In this document: one piece after another, positions 1-27,973 of the stretch | Position numbering within the stretch: position 1 is the stretch's first letter | Layout: the number at the start of each line of letters is the position of its first letter | From: the human T2T-CHM13v2.0 reference genome, Homo sapiens | Direction: 5' to 3' (one strand) | Assembly (NCBI RefSeq): GCF_009914755.1 | Contig: NC_060931.1 | Length of the DNA: 64,000 bases | Translations under genes and position numbers: made by a program | The notes under the pieces: generated by a model | The model's input: only the letters and a program-made list of their open reading frames with translations | Databases searched by the model: none | What the model was told of the DNA's origin: nothing

Positions 1-2
1 TT

Positions 3-1230
<1,228 letters not shown>

Positions 1231-1265
1231 AAAGGTAATGACTTGAAGAACATTTAATAACATCT

Positions 1266-5825
<4,560 letters not shown>

Positions 5826-7320
5826 CTTTTTTATATTAAAATAATTTATTTTCAAAGGCAAATATTGATGTAATTTAACTCTTACATTTGATGCTATGTC
5901 TTCATTCTAGAATTTATGTGAAAGAACATGGTCAATGGTTGCTGCACCAGAGTTAGGAGAAGTTCTTCCGTATCAGATGAAAAGATTTATATACTTTCCT
6001 ATGGAAGATTAAGAGAAATGAAATCTAAGATACATGAAGAAATTCTAAGTGGAAAGGCCACTTAGTGGTTGATTTACAACAGCATTATAAGTGACAGGGT
6101 GATAGAAGTGTGGTAAGTGATTAGGATAATATTCTGCATAGTAAGAGAAACAATTTGAATTTTAGAAGGAAATTGCTTTACCATTTGCAAACTAAGGTAA
6201 TTAAAATACAGTGAGTTTCAAAATGCCTTTTTAATGACAATGTATGAACTTAATTTATTTTAATAAACCAAAATTATTGTTATTGAGTTAAGGCTATTTT
6301 ACACTGAATGTGTATCTTGCCACTGATGTTAACTTATCCCATCTTACCCAAGGTTGTAGGTCAACAGATGGTAACAATATACTATTGTGTGACTGTGGAA
6401 TAACATCTCTAGTGATTTCTTTGTCAGTGGTCTTTAACTTACCATAATTTGGAGAATATGATTCCTACAAATTAACATTTTTGTTTTTCTTGTAACTACA
6501 GGTTATTATGATGTTTGTAATGAAGATGAGTATAATGGAGCTATATGTTTCTGAATTCTGAACAACTATTTACAAAATTTTATCCTACTTTTTTCTGTTG
6601 AAAATATGACTTCTCTCGTCTGCTAAACACGTACAGACCTTTAGTTTTGATTTACATCAATTTAAATATACAAATGTATCACTGTAAAATAAACTTTAAG
6701 TGTAACAGATTTATAGAGAAAATATTCGTATTTGTTTATGGTTGTATACCTATTTTGAGAAGAAAAGAAAAATATTAGAGTGAAACAGATAATTTTACAT
6801 GTGTTGATATCTTGCCAGCAAACCAGTAATTTCAAAGATTTTGAAAGAAAATCTGTTTTCTCTGCTTTGTATTAAATTCATTTATCTGAAATGTTATTGC
6901 TCCTGACTTAGAATCATCTTTTGCAAATTCTTTTTTTTGTTTGTTTGTCTGTTTTCTTGTTGTTCACCATAGGCATAATATATCATTTTCTTGTCATCTA
7001 ATTTCAGAAAACATTATTTGTACTATCCCCTCAGAGATTATGAAAGTGACTGATAAAATTTAATGGTGTTCATAAAATAATTTTCACATGTAATTTCACA
7101 CTGAGTGTATTATTGTATGTTATTTAGTATATTTTACATTTTGTTTCAATTAGAGAATGCTATTTAATCCAATTTTTGTTTAGTTATTGATCATTTTACT
7201 TTGTAAAATTGATATAATTGATTTTATTAAATTTATTGGGTCAATTTATTCAAGTAGAGTTGAACATTTTATTTTGGCATATACATGAAATAAACCAACA
7301 AAAGCAATACTAGCTATGTA
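5826..7320 (+). other. AT-rich probable distal 3'UTR of the ZNF gene with candidate AATAAA signals
   Basis: Resembles (from recall) 3'UTR sequence of ZNF91-subfamily genes; AATAAA near 6262, 6688 and 7289. No transcript evidence available. Confidence 0.35.
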
Positions 7321-7671
7321 ATAGAAGCTACATAATTAGAAATAACTTCTTTTTGAAATCAGCCTGTTGTCTCAGGTGAAAAATTGAAAGTATCTATAGT
7401 GGTGACATTCTGCATATGAAGAGAGTATAATCGTATCCATGCTGCACAATTGACTCTCACAATTGAAACAAGATAAAGAGATGGACATTTTAGCAAAACT
7501 AAGTGAAAACCTTGTAAAATTTTCGGATTATGTTTCTACATTTAAACATCTACTGGGGGAGGTAGAGGCCAATTCTATGCAGTTCAAACCTGGAATTGCT
7601 GACAGATGTTAAGGGTATGCTCCACAGGTATTGATGCCTAAAATGCCCTGAACTCTTTTCATTTAGATTAA

Positions 7672-8060
<389 letters not shown>

Positions 8061-10516
8061 TTGGTTCTAGATCTTGACACAGCACATCCTCAACTTACTG
8101 TCTCCGAGAATAGAAAAGCTGTGTGATATGGAAGAACAAAACCAAACATTTGTTATAGCTCAAGGAGATTTTATTTCTGCCCTGCTGTCCTGGGCTGTCA
8201 GAAGTGTAGTTCTGGCAGAAATTACTAGAAGGTAGAAGTGGGAAACGATCCTAAATGAAAATTGGGTGTGTGTTAAGACTGTCTTCTTAGGAACTGGCAG
8301 AATCGGCCTTCAGTTCTGGGTAGATTTTGGGCAATTGGGTGATATATAGATAGAGTGGTTATGTTGCATCAGGTCCTAAGGCAACTCAGCTTCTGCTAGT
8401 AGTAAAATCCAGTAAGATTGGTATTTTTTTGGACTATGAATTGGGTGATTTTTTAAAATAATAATTTTTAAAATATGTCAATTTTGAATTGCATACCTAG
8501 CTAAAAAATTTTAAGTTGAAGATGTAAAAATAATTCAGACAAGTAATATAAACTATGTTTTCTTAAATTATTTATTTAACAAATCTAATTACATTTTAAA
8601 TAAATTGCTGTCACCTGTTAGTATTTGTGAAGCATATATATTTTTAAGATTTTGCCTCTAAAACAGGTAACAATTTGAACAAAGAGGAAAACAAAAATTC
8701 AATGATTGGCATGAAAATAAATCTCAGGAAAATAAAAGGTTTGTATGATGACCTAATTAAAATAATGTAAAGGATAAAAATCTTAATATTTGTTTTTACA
8801 CATTTTTGCACAAAAGTAGCACTGAGATAGTAATGTGCAGAAAGTACTATTAATTATATTCTTGAGACTTTCTTATTGACTTTGGCACTTAGAGAACCTC
8901 CAGCACAGGCCCAGGATTCCCTAGGCATTTCTTCCAGGAGAACATCAATGGAAATGAAGCAGAAGGCCATGTCCACAAAGATAAATGGGTGCTCACCTCC
9001 TAGAGACCAGTGGGTGCAGGTTGCAGAAAGAGTGGGCCCTTCTTGGAGGTCCAGGAAGGGGCCATGGGCACCATCCTAGAAAAGGGGCCTGGAGCTCCAT
9101 TGAGCCCTCCTGCCTGCATGGGGCCTCAGAGGGCCCTGGGTGAGGCCAGCCTAGGTGCTCTGTCCTGTCCCTGGCCCTTAAGTCCTGCCTCACCTGCTAG
9201 CTTTTTCCACAGAAATCAGGATGGCAATCCTCAGTGCAGCCCCACTAGAGGAAGGAGATCAAGAGTGTCAAGGCCCACACTCATCTTGGCACATTAAGTG
9301 ACTTAATGATTAACTAGTCAATAAATAAGAGCAGAATGTGTGGCTGTGACCCCCCGAGATCACATTCTAGGAGGTACCCTGGGTGGCACCTGCCTGAGGC
9401 TGTGCATTGGAAGAAGGATGGACAGGTCGACTGGGCTTCAGTGAGCATGTACCCCTAGCCAGTCTGGGGAGACATGGACTTGGCAAGAGCAGGCAATAAG
9501 GGTGGCATACAGCAGACATGCTGAGCTGTCAGGTAGGCACAGAGGGGTAGGCATGAGCGGTCCCTGAAGGGGAGAACCCTCTCAGGGCCCTGAGCTCAGC
9601 CCAGAGATCCCCCAGCCTTTTGAAGCACAGGCTGTACCTGGAGCTGCACAAGTCGGGAGGGGCAAAAGCACTGGGCTGAGGCATCACCTTTTTTCTTCAC
9701 TGGCTCCCATAAGCCTCAGGCTTCCCTAGGCATGCCTTGAGGAAGAAGATCCTTCTTCCTTGTGAGTGTAGGCGTAGAAGCAGCCAATCATGTGAGGTAA
9801 GCCCACCCACAGCCACTTTTGTGGGCCCACCTGGGCAACCTCACTCCAGTGGCCTGTGAAACCCAGCTGGAATTCCAGGGTCCAGAATTCACATTTGGTT
9901 CTAGAACCAAAGAGTTCAGCACCCAGGCCAGAACAGAAGTGGGCCTGTTAATTCCATGGCACAAGGCCCAAATCAGAAAACTGGCTTAACTGTTCAGCTG
10001 CACCCAGGCAGTGTGTGTATTGTCCCAAGCAAGTCCTGTTCTCTTCCTGGCTCCAATTATTTCACCTGCAACTTGTTATTTGTACCAGCTCTTTCTCTAC
10101 CCCCCACATCCTGTGGTTTTTGAAATTCCTCTGAAGACTGCATGAGCTAAGCTTTAAGGGTCACAGTGCTCTAGCCTACTCAGGCTGTGCCAGGAAGAGA
10201 GATCTCTCAACCTACCTTGACTCTTAAGAGTCATGTATAAATAGTACCAAGTCTAGCAGGAGGGCTGTCACATACTCAGACTCTTTTTCTGGTCTCCATA
10301 CCAAAAGATACATTAGAATGACAAGGCAAATAAGACATAGACCTGGCAGTTCTGTCTTTTAAAAGGCAGCCTCAGCCTGGTCACCCTGAACCACAATTTC
10401 AGGGTCTGTTTCAGCCTCCCAAAGTGCTGGGATTACAGGCGTGAGCACTCACACCTGCTCAGTGGTAATTTTGGATTTGCTAAATTTCAAAGATTAATCA
10501 GGGAGATGTGAGAAGG

Positions 10517-11012
10517 TGCCGAGACCAGCTCAGGTGGGGAGACCCTAACCCAGCTGTGCTAGAGGAATTAAAGACACATACACAGAAATATAGTGTGTGG
10601 AGTGGGGAATCGGGGGACTCAAAGCCTTCTTAGCTGAGAGCCCTGAATAGAGATTTGCCCACATATAAACCAGTGATAAGCATTGTTTCTACAGATTATA
10701 GATTAACCAAAAGAATTCCTTACGGGAAACAGGGATGGGCCGAAACAAAGGGATTGGCCTGGCTAGTTATCTGCAGCAGGAACATGTCCTTAAGGCACAG
10801 ATCCTTCATGCTATTGTTTGTGGTTTAGGAACGCCTTAAAGCGGTTTTCCACCCTGGGTGGGCCAGGTGTTCCTTGCCCTCATTCCAGTAAACCCACAAC
10901 CTTCCAGCGTGGGCATCATGGTCATCACGAACATGTCATGGTGCTGCAGAGACTTCTTTATGGCCAGTTTTGGGGCCAGTTTATGGCCAAATTTGGGGGC
11001 CCATCTCCAGCA
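10517..11012 (-). mobile_element. MER9 solo LTR (HERV-K HML-3 group)
   Basis: ~500 bp matching recalled MER9 consensus in reverse (tgccgagaccagct...ggccagttttggggccagtttatggcc...ccagca); flanks gaagg/gaagt. Confidence 0.85.
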
Positions 11013-11039
11013 GAAGTTGAGTGGAACACGTGCTAATTT

Positions 11040-11758
11040 ATTTTTTTAGAGACAGTGTCTTACTCTGTCACCCAGGCTGGAGTGCAGTGGTGTGATCTCA
11101 GCTTACTGCAGCCTCAGTCTGGGCTCAAGATCCTTGTGCCTGAGCCTCATAAGTAGCTGGGACCACAGGTGTACACCAGCATTCCTGGCTAGTTTTTGTA
11201 TTTTTTGTAGAGACGGGATCTTGCTATGCTGCCCAGGTTACAGATACAAATTTATATCAGGTGAAACCGAGAAACACATTATGTGCCCCTCATTCCTCCT
11301 GTTTGTAATTCCCTTCTTGCCTTTTCCCTTTTCATATGTTAGGTTTTGAGATCCTTGGCCTTCTCTCTCTCTTTTTTTTTCTGCTTATGGAAAACTGTTA
11401 CTGAGCTTGGGAATGTTGTGGGAGAAAGGTAATTTCAGGGGGACAAGAAAGAGAGGCTGGGCACGTGGCTCACGCCTGTAATCCCAGCACTTTGGGAGGC
11501 CGAGGTGGGTGAATCACCTGACGTCAGGAGTTTGAGATCAACCTGGTCAACATGGTGAAACCTTGTCTCTACTAAAAATACAAAAATTAGCCAGGTATGG
11601 TGGCGCATGCCTGTATCCCAGCTACTCAGGTGGCTGTGGCAGGAGAATCGCTTGAATCCAGGAGGTGGAGGTTGCAGTGAGCCGAGATCGTGTCATTGCA
11701 CTTAAGCATGGACAATAAGAGTGAAACTCCATCTCAAAAGGAAAAAAAAAAAAAAAAA
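11040..11758. mobile_element. Partial AluJ (-, ~11040-11238) and full AluS (+, 11455-11758)
   Basis: Alu consensus motifs and A/T tails. Confidence 0.9.
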
Positions 11759-11929
11759 GAGGATATGTTTCTTCTTTTCAGAAGCTGCAAAGTGGTAGAC
11801 ACCATTTCATGTCATAAAATTGGTTCAAATAATCTTATCTGAATAAGGTGTGTAATTCAAATACTCATGAAATTTGTTCTGTTTTCTGTTGCTAAAAACG
11901 GTACTTGGGAACAAGATACTGAAACATGC

Positions 11930-13235
<1,306 letters not shown>

Positions 13236-13487
13236 GTAATGAAACAACAGTCCATGGAAGTATTTATACAAAGGGGAGGGCGGTCTTTGAAGACATTCAG
13301 AATTAAGAGATTAGTTTTAGACCTTGCCAAAAAAAAAAACACCCCAAAACCAAAAAACCTTTAACCTCAAAAACCACGCAGGAGGGCGGCTGAGGCCAGA
13401 GGATCGGAAATGCCTGTTACTCTAATTGGATATTGTGCTTGATAATTGTTGTCATGGTATTGATATTAAAATATTAAATAGCAATTA

Positions 13488-14520
<1,033 letters not shown>

Positions 14521-14533
14521 GAAAAGTCTTTTC

Positions 14534-14939
14534 TTTTTATTATTTATTTATTTATTATACTTTAAGTTCTAGGGTACATGTGCACAACGTGCAGGTTCGT
14601 TACATATGTATACATGTGCCTGCCATATTGGTTTGCTGCACCCACTAACTCGTCATTTACATTAGGTATTTCTCCTAATGGTGGCACATATACACCATGG
14701 AATACTATGCAGCCATAAAAAAGGATGAGTTCATGTCCTTTGTAGCGACATGGATGAAGCTGGAAACCATTATTCTGAGCAAACTAGCGCAAGGACAGAA
14801 TACCAAACACCGCATGTTCTCACTCAGGTGGGAATTGAACAATGAGAACACTTGGACACAGGGCGGAGAGTATCACACACCAGGGCCTGTTGTAGGGTTG
14901 GGGGATGGGGGAGGGATAGCATTAGGATAGCATTAGTAG
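14534..14939 (-). mobile_element. 5'-truncated, 5'-inverted (twin-primed) L1PA 3' end
   Basis: Poly-T plus antisense L1 3' terminus 14534-~14680, then sense-oriented upstream L1 segment ~14681-14927 (MEYYAAIKKDEFMSF); 15-bp TSD aagaaaagtcttttc at 14519-14533 and 14940-14954. Confidence 0.9.
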
Positions 14940-14959
14940 AAGAAAAGTCTTTTCGAGTT

Positions 14960-19472
<4,513 letters not shown>

Positions 19473-19499
19473 CAAATAAAGGGAAATCTTGAGTCTCTT

Positions 19500-19660
19500 T
19501 GTATTAGTCCTTTCTTTATTGCACTCAAAGAATAACTGGAATTGGGTAATTTATAAAGGAAAGAGATGTATTTGCTCACGGTTCTGCAGGCTGTACAGGA
19601 AGCATAGTGTTGGCATTTGTTTCTGGTGAGGCCTCAGGAAGCTTCCAATCATAGCAGAAG
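19500..19660 (-). mobile_element. MST-type MaLR LTR fragment
   Basis: tgtattagtcc...gggtaatttataaaggaaagag...ggcctcaggaagcttccaatcat. Confidence 0.75.
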
Positions 19661-21657
<1,997 letters not shown>

Positions 21658-21949
21658 TCTCTCCTTGCATATTCATGTGCCTGCAACCCCAAGAGGGAGC
21701 TCCTGGCCCCTTGGTTAGGGTCGGGGCCCCAGAGGCCCAGGGTCAAGGCTATGGCCCCATCCAAAGGACGTGCATCCATGCAAGAGGCTGCATGCGACAG
21801 GAATAGAAGAGGCTTCGCTGGGGCCTGCTGGAATTCCTGCTGTGGAAAGCAAGAGGAGGTGCTCCTTGAAGAAACGGGGATACCACGATCTCAGGGGTTC
21901 TGTCCTGGCCTGCGTCCCTGGATCATCCAGCCTGTGTTGGGGTGGGGAG

Positions 21950-22600
21950 CCGACCTCGCCCTTCTTAGCGGGGGCTGACGGTGAGCGTCCCACTTCCCCA
22001 AAGGCCTAACCCAGGGTTCCAGCCGCAGGCCCCACTGGGCAGTGCGGGGCCCCGCCCGCCCCTCCAGGCCTGGCACTCGCCCTCAGCAAAGATGGCGCGG
22101 ACGGTCTCAGGCGCCTCACGCGACCCACCCGCCGGGCTCCTCCGGCGCTGCTCTTAGCCCCGCAGACGGCTGCCGAGCGGTGGAGAGGAAAGTGTGATCC
22201 GAGGCACGGCGGTGGCTGCGCCCTGGCGCTGCAGGGCTGGACGCTGTATCCCCGGGAGAGCCCGTCGCGGGAGTCCAAGGAGCTGGGCGGCCTCTGGAGC
22301 TTCCGCGCCGACTTGGACAATCGACGCCAGGGCTTCGAGGAGCAGTGGTACCCGCGGCCGCTGCGGGAGCTGCGGGGCAGGGCCGGGAGGCGCCCGGAAG
22401 CCCGGCGGTGGGAGGGGGGAGCCCTGGTTCCCTGCAGGCTCCTTCCCCTGAGCGCCCCGGAGCTGGCGCCCTACAGGAAGTTAAAGGTCAATGGGCTTAG
22501 GGGCGCAGGCTTGGGGGACGGGGAGACCGGGCGAACTGGGGAGGGCCGAGGCGGGAGAAGAAGGAAGCGCTGCTGCCGAACCCTCTCACGAGACGAAGGG
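21950..22600 (+). promoter_or_regulatory. CpG island / GUSB-derived promoter with GC box and YY1-like motif
   Basis: Very GC- and CpG-rich against depleted flanks; cccgcccgccc at ~22051; aagatggcg at 22089-22097; resembles the recalled GUSB 5'UTR. Confidence 0.8.
22194..22369 (+). pseudogene. GUSB pseudo-exon 1 (coding part)
   Basis: ATG->GTG at 22194; ~31-nt deletion in the signal-peptide region (vs recalled GUSB); donor reads ct at 22370. Confidence 0.85.
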
Positions 22601-23856
22601 TGAGTCTGGGCAGTGTCTTTCTTTTTAATGTTTATTTTAAATTTTAAAAATTGTTTTGAGACTGGGTTTGGCCCTGTCGCCCAAGCTGGAGCAGAGTGGT
22701 GTAATACTAACTTCTGAGCTCAAGGGATTCTCCCGCCCCAGGCTTGCAAGTTAGCTGGGGCCACCACGCCTGGCTATTAAAAAAAACAAAACAAAACTTT
22801 GACCAGGCTTGGTGGCTCACGCCTGTAATCCCAGCACTTTGGGAGGCCAAGACAGGTGGATCACTTGAGGCCAGGAGTTCGAGACCAGACTGGTGAAACC
22901 CCGTCTCTATTAAAAATACGAAAATTTGCTGGGCATGATGGTACACACCTGTAATCCCAGCTACTCGGGAGTCAGAGGCAGGAGAAGTGCTTGAACCCGG
23001 GAGGCGGAGGGTGCAATGAGCCGAGATCACAGAGCCACTGGACTGCACTCCAGCCTGGGTGACAGAGTGAGACTCCGTCTCAAAAAAAATAAATAAATAA
23101 AATAGATAAATAAATTTTTTTTTCTTTTTTAAAGATATAGGTCTCACTGCATTGCCCAGGCTGGTCTCGAACTCCTGGCCTCAAGCCATCCTCCCACGTT
23201 GACCTCCCAAAGCGCTGATTACAGGCATGAGCCACACAGACACTGGTCTGGCCAGAGCGGCATGTGCTGCACAGAGCTGGGAGGAGGGAGACAGTTTAGA
23301 CCTCCTGAGGTCAGCTCTGCTGAGGCAGGAAGGTCCCTTGGTTTTCAAGGTTCAGGTTGAGGACAGGACATGATATCAGGCCAAGGACACCACCCCTGTT
23401 TTCCTCCTGACTTGGATATGGTCAGCAGAGAAGTGGGACCGGGTGAGGTCTGGGCCGCGTTTTCCTCGCTTGCATCCCCTTAGAAAAACTTTGCAGCATT
23501 CAGTACAGGAGGAAGAGAGAAGAGGGCTGGGTGCCTGCGTGCGTCCCACTCACAGTGTCCTAAGCAAAGCCCCGCATCCCCCCAAACAGTCTTCCTCCCT
23601 GTGACAGGCAGTGGGTCATCTGTCTTGGGAGATATTGGGCCCCATCCACTCCGAAGGGGAACTCTTGGCCCCGCTAGTCCAGGTGCACAAACCGCCTTGG
23701 CGATTGATCTGTCCTCAGCAAGTTGTCTGTCCGTTCTGCCAAGAGTCCCCGCTATGTGTCAGGACTTGCACTAGGCCTGTGGGCACAGCTCTGCAGCACA
23801 CTGGCCCGGGATCTTTTTGGGGACCTAGGAGGTGAGCGCGGCTCTTCTCTCCACCA

Positions 23857-24042
23857 TCGGGCCCCACCCTGGGCGTGCTGGTTCCCTCCAGCTTCAACGA
23901 CATCTGTCAGGACTGGTGGCTGCGGCAGTTTGTTGGCTGGGTGTTGTACGAACAGGAGGTGACCCTGCCGGAGCAATGGACCCAGCACCTGCGCACAAGA
24001 GTGGTGCTGAGGATTGCCAGTGCCCACTCCTATGCCACTGTG
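23857..24042 (+). pseudogene. GUSB pseudo-exon 2
   Basis: [16 protein letters not shown]...SAHSYATV, 186 nt; preceded by ca (acceptor lost); gt donor intact. Confidence 0.9.
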
Positions 24043-24349
24043 GTCAGTGCAGCCAGGAGCAGGCAGGGTAGGTGGGTGGGCATGGCTGCTGAACAGCATG
24101 GGACCCCCAGCAGCCACCTACAGCCTGTCTCCTGGGGTGGGATGGTGGGGGGCCCTGCCCTGCCCTGGGGGCTGTGCCCTGTGTAGGGGGATAGGTGGCC
24201 TGATCTACACCCTTGGGATGCCATTCTTCCTGTCTGGCTGGCAGGTCCCTGAGCCCCATGCTGCAGGTTATGTGAGGGAGTGCCTGATAGCAGGGCCCCT
24301 CCTCATGCCCTAACCTGCTGCCCCCTCCTCATATCTCCTGTGTCTGCAG

Positions 24350-24515
24350 TGGGTGAATGGGGTCGACACGCTAGAGCATGAGGGGCCGACAGCAGCAGTC
24401 TGGTCCAGGTGGGGCCCCTGTCCTCCTGCCCCTGCATCACTATCACCATCAATAATACGCTCACCCCCTCCACCCTGCCACCAGGGACCATCTGCTACAT
24501 GATCAACACCTCCAA
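24350..24515 (+). pseudogene. GUSB pseudo-exon 3
   Basis: ag|tgggtgaatggggtcgac; ~19-nt frameshifting deletion after HEG; ends tccaa|gt. Confidence 0.9.
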
Positions 24516-24691
24516 GTGGATACCATCTTGTCTCCACCGCATGCACCTACCTTCCCATCCCACCCTGTGGTCTTCCTGCTAGGGACAGGGTGGCCTTGGC
24601 AGAGTGGAGGACCTGGATCTGAGGAGACCTGTGAGCTGAGGTCAAGGGACTCAGGGCAAGGGCCCAGCGAACCACTGTCCTCCGACCCTAG

Positions 24692-24834
24692 GTATCCCAA
24701 GGGTTACTTTGTCCAGAACACAGACTTTGACTTCTTCAACTACGCGGGACTGCAGTGGTCTGTGCTTCTGTACACGACACCTACCACCTACATCGATGAC
24801 ATCACCATCACCACCGGCGTGGAGCATGACAGTG
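24692..24834 (+). pseudogene. GUSB pseudo-exon 4
   Basis: [38 protein letters not shown]; original donor absent, next gt 3 nt downstream. Confidence 0.9.
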
Positions 24835-25146
24835 CTGGTAGGATCCTCCCTCAGTGGGGCCCAGGGTGGCTCTGTTTGTTTCCTGTTTGGAAAGCTCTCC
24901 CAGGGAAAAGGTTCTCCCAGCATCTCTGAACCCTCATAGTTTCCTATCTACCTATGAAGGTAAAATCCAGGCTGACTGGGGCACAGGCTCCCGAAATCAC
25001 CCATGTGGTTGACCTCACTTGGAGAAGAGGGGTCTGGCCTAATGTCACACAGCTCAGGGTGGCAATCCTGTCCCTTCCCCACGGTGCTGCTGTCACTCCA
25101 GCTCCCCTTGCTACACATCGTGCTCAAGGAACAGGCAGCTTCGGGG

Positions 25147-25993
<847 letters not shown>

Positions 25994-26004
25994 AGAACTT
26001 AAAC

Positions 26005-27208
26005 AAGAATAAAGGGCTGTGATTAATATATTAAGTCCTATAAGCATATGGTGATGTTTGATCAGGAGAATGAAGCCACCATTACAGAGTTCTCCTATTA
26101 ATGGTGGGGGGTAAGGCAAGGTTAGTAAGATTTGCTATAAGTCTTCAAAAGGCTATTAGTGGGAGTAGTGTTTGAAGCTCTCGAGAGAGTAATATGATTC
26201 GGCTATGGATTCGCTCATAGTTTGAATTTGCTAGGCAGAATAGTAAGGACAAAGTAAGTCCATGGGCAATTATGAGGGTAATTGCACCAGTAAAGCTTCA
26301 GGGGGTTTGAATGAAGATAGCCATAGTAACAAGTGCTGTATGACTTACGGAGGAATATGCAATAAGTGATTTTAGATCAGCTTGTCGTAGACAAATAGAG
26401 CTTATCATAACTATCCCTCATAAGGATAACATGTGGAAGGGGTAGGCTATATATTCTGTCAGGGGGCTGAGGATAAGGGTAAGCCGTATTATGCTGTAGC
26501 CGCCTGGTTTTAGGAGAACCGCTGCAAGTACTATTGAGCCAGCAATAGGGGCTTCTATGTGGGCTTTAGGAAGTCATAGGTGAAATCGTATAGGGGTATT
26601 TTTACTATAAAAGCCATAATACATGCTAATCATATAAGGTTATTGGATCAGAAAATTAATAGTTCTTGGGTGTTAAATATTATTATGTTCAGTGAACCTA
26701 AGGTATTTCGAGTATAAATAAGTATAATAGGTAGGGGGAGAGATCCCATTAGTGTATAAAATAAGAAATACGAGCTTGCATTGAGGCGTTCTGGTTGGTT
26801 ACCTCAGGGGGTGATAATAATTAAGGTAGGGATAAGCGTAGCTTCAAAGAGTATATAAAATATAATTAGTTCTGTGACTGTGAATGCTATAATTTAAAAA
26901 AAATTATAGGGAAATCAATATGGAAATATAGAGCTTTTTCCATAGGGGTGACTCATTGGAGAGGTGGTACTGGCTTGCTATAATTATAAGAGGTAGTAGT
27001 CAGGCTGTTAAGATTAGAAGGGGTGATGTCAGCGATCAGAAGAGAAAGTTAATGAGAAGTTGAATAGATTGCTGAATTGATTAAAAAATAATAGGGCAAT
27101 GAAGCTGATGATTAGGCTGTGAATAGTCATATTGATTTAGATTATTGAGTTTTTAGAGAGTCATGTTATTGATAGCAGTATAATTGTTGGAATAATAATT
27201 TTTAGCAT
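26005..27208 (-). pseudogene. ND4: NUMT ND4 pseudogene (3'-truncated)
   Basis: ATG at 27208 overlapping the ND4L stop by 7 nt; ND4-like motifs ([21 protein letters not shown]); indels. Confidence 0.92.
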
Positions 27209-27498
27209 TGAAGTAAATTTAGGTTATGTACATAATCTAGGCCATACGTGTTGGAGATTGAAACTAGTAAGGCGAGGCCCACTGCAGCTTTGCAGGCAGC
27301 AAATACTGGGAGGGTAATGGGTATTATGAATGCTAGGGTGAAATGTATATTTAAAGTTATAAGGGTATTTATGATGAATAATGATAATATTATTCCTTCT
27401 AGGCATATTAGGGATGCTATCAGGTGGGATCGATAGGTTAATATCCCCAGAAGTGATATGGTATATGCTAATATGATATTGATATAAATAGAAAGCAT
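27202..27498 (-). pseudogene. ND4L: NUMT ND4L copy with an uninterrupted 98-codon ORF
   Basis: ORF track 98 aa ending [28 protein letters not shown], same length as mt ND4L. Confidence 0.95.
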
Positions 27499-27565
27499 TT
27501 GGTAAATATGTTCTATTATAATCTAATGAGTCAGAATCATTTATTTTGGCTTAAACTATCTACCA
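27499..27565 (-). tRNA. NUMT tRNA-Arg pseudogene (anticodon mutated)
   Basis: Between ND3 and ND4L; loop reads tgattctgactca instead of tgatttcgactca. Confidence 0.85.
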
Positions 27566-27908
27566 ATTCAGTTCAGTCTAATCCTTTTTGAGTTCATTCA
27601 TAAGTTAACCCTAGTACTAAAATGATAACTAGTATAAGGGCTGTGCTGATTGTTAGTGTCAGGTTGTTTGTTTGAAGAGCTCATGGCAAGGGTAATAGGG
27701 CGATTTCTAAGTCAAATAGGAGGAATGTGATGGCTACTAGAAAAAATTTTATGGGGGAGGGAATGCAGGCGGAGGATAATGGGTCAAATCTGCATTTGTA
27801 GGGGCTGGATTTTTCTATATAAATATTAAGTTGTGGGAGCCATAATGTAATAACTATTAGTGATAAGGCTAATAGGGTGTTGATTACTAGGGCTAGTATT
27901 AGGTTAAT
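27566..27908 (-). pseudogene. ND3: NUMT ND3 pseudogene
   Basis: ATT start ([14 protein letters not shown]), [24 protein letters not shown] motifs. Confidence 0.92.
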
Positions 27909-27973
27909 TACTCTTTTTCAGATGTCAAAACTAATTGATTGGAAGTCAGTAGTACTCTTTATACTAAAAGAGT
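27909..27973 (-). tRNA. NUMT tRNA-Gly pseudogene
   Basis: actcttttagtata...gacttccaatc; TCC anticodon. Confidence 0.85.
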
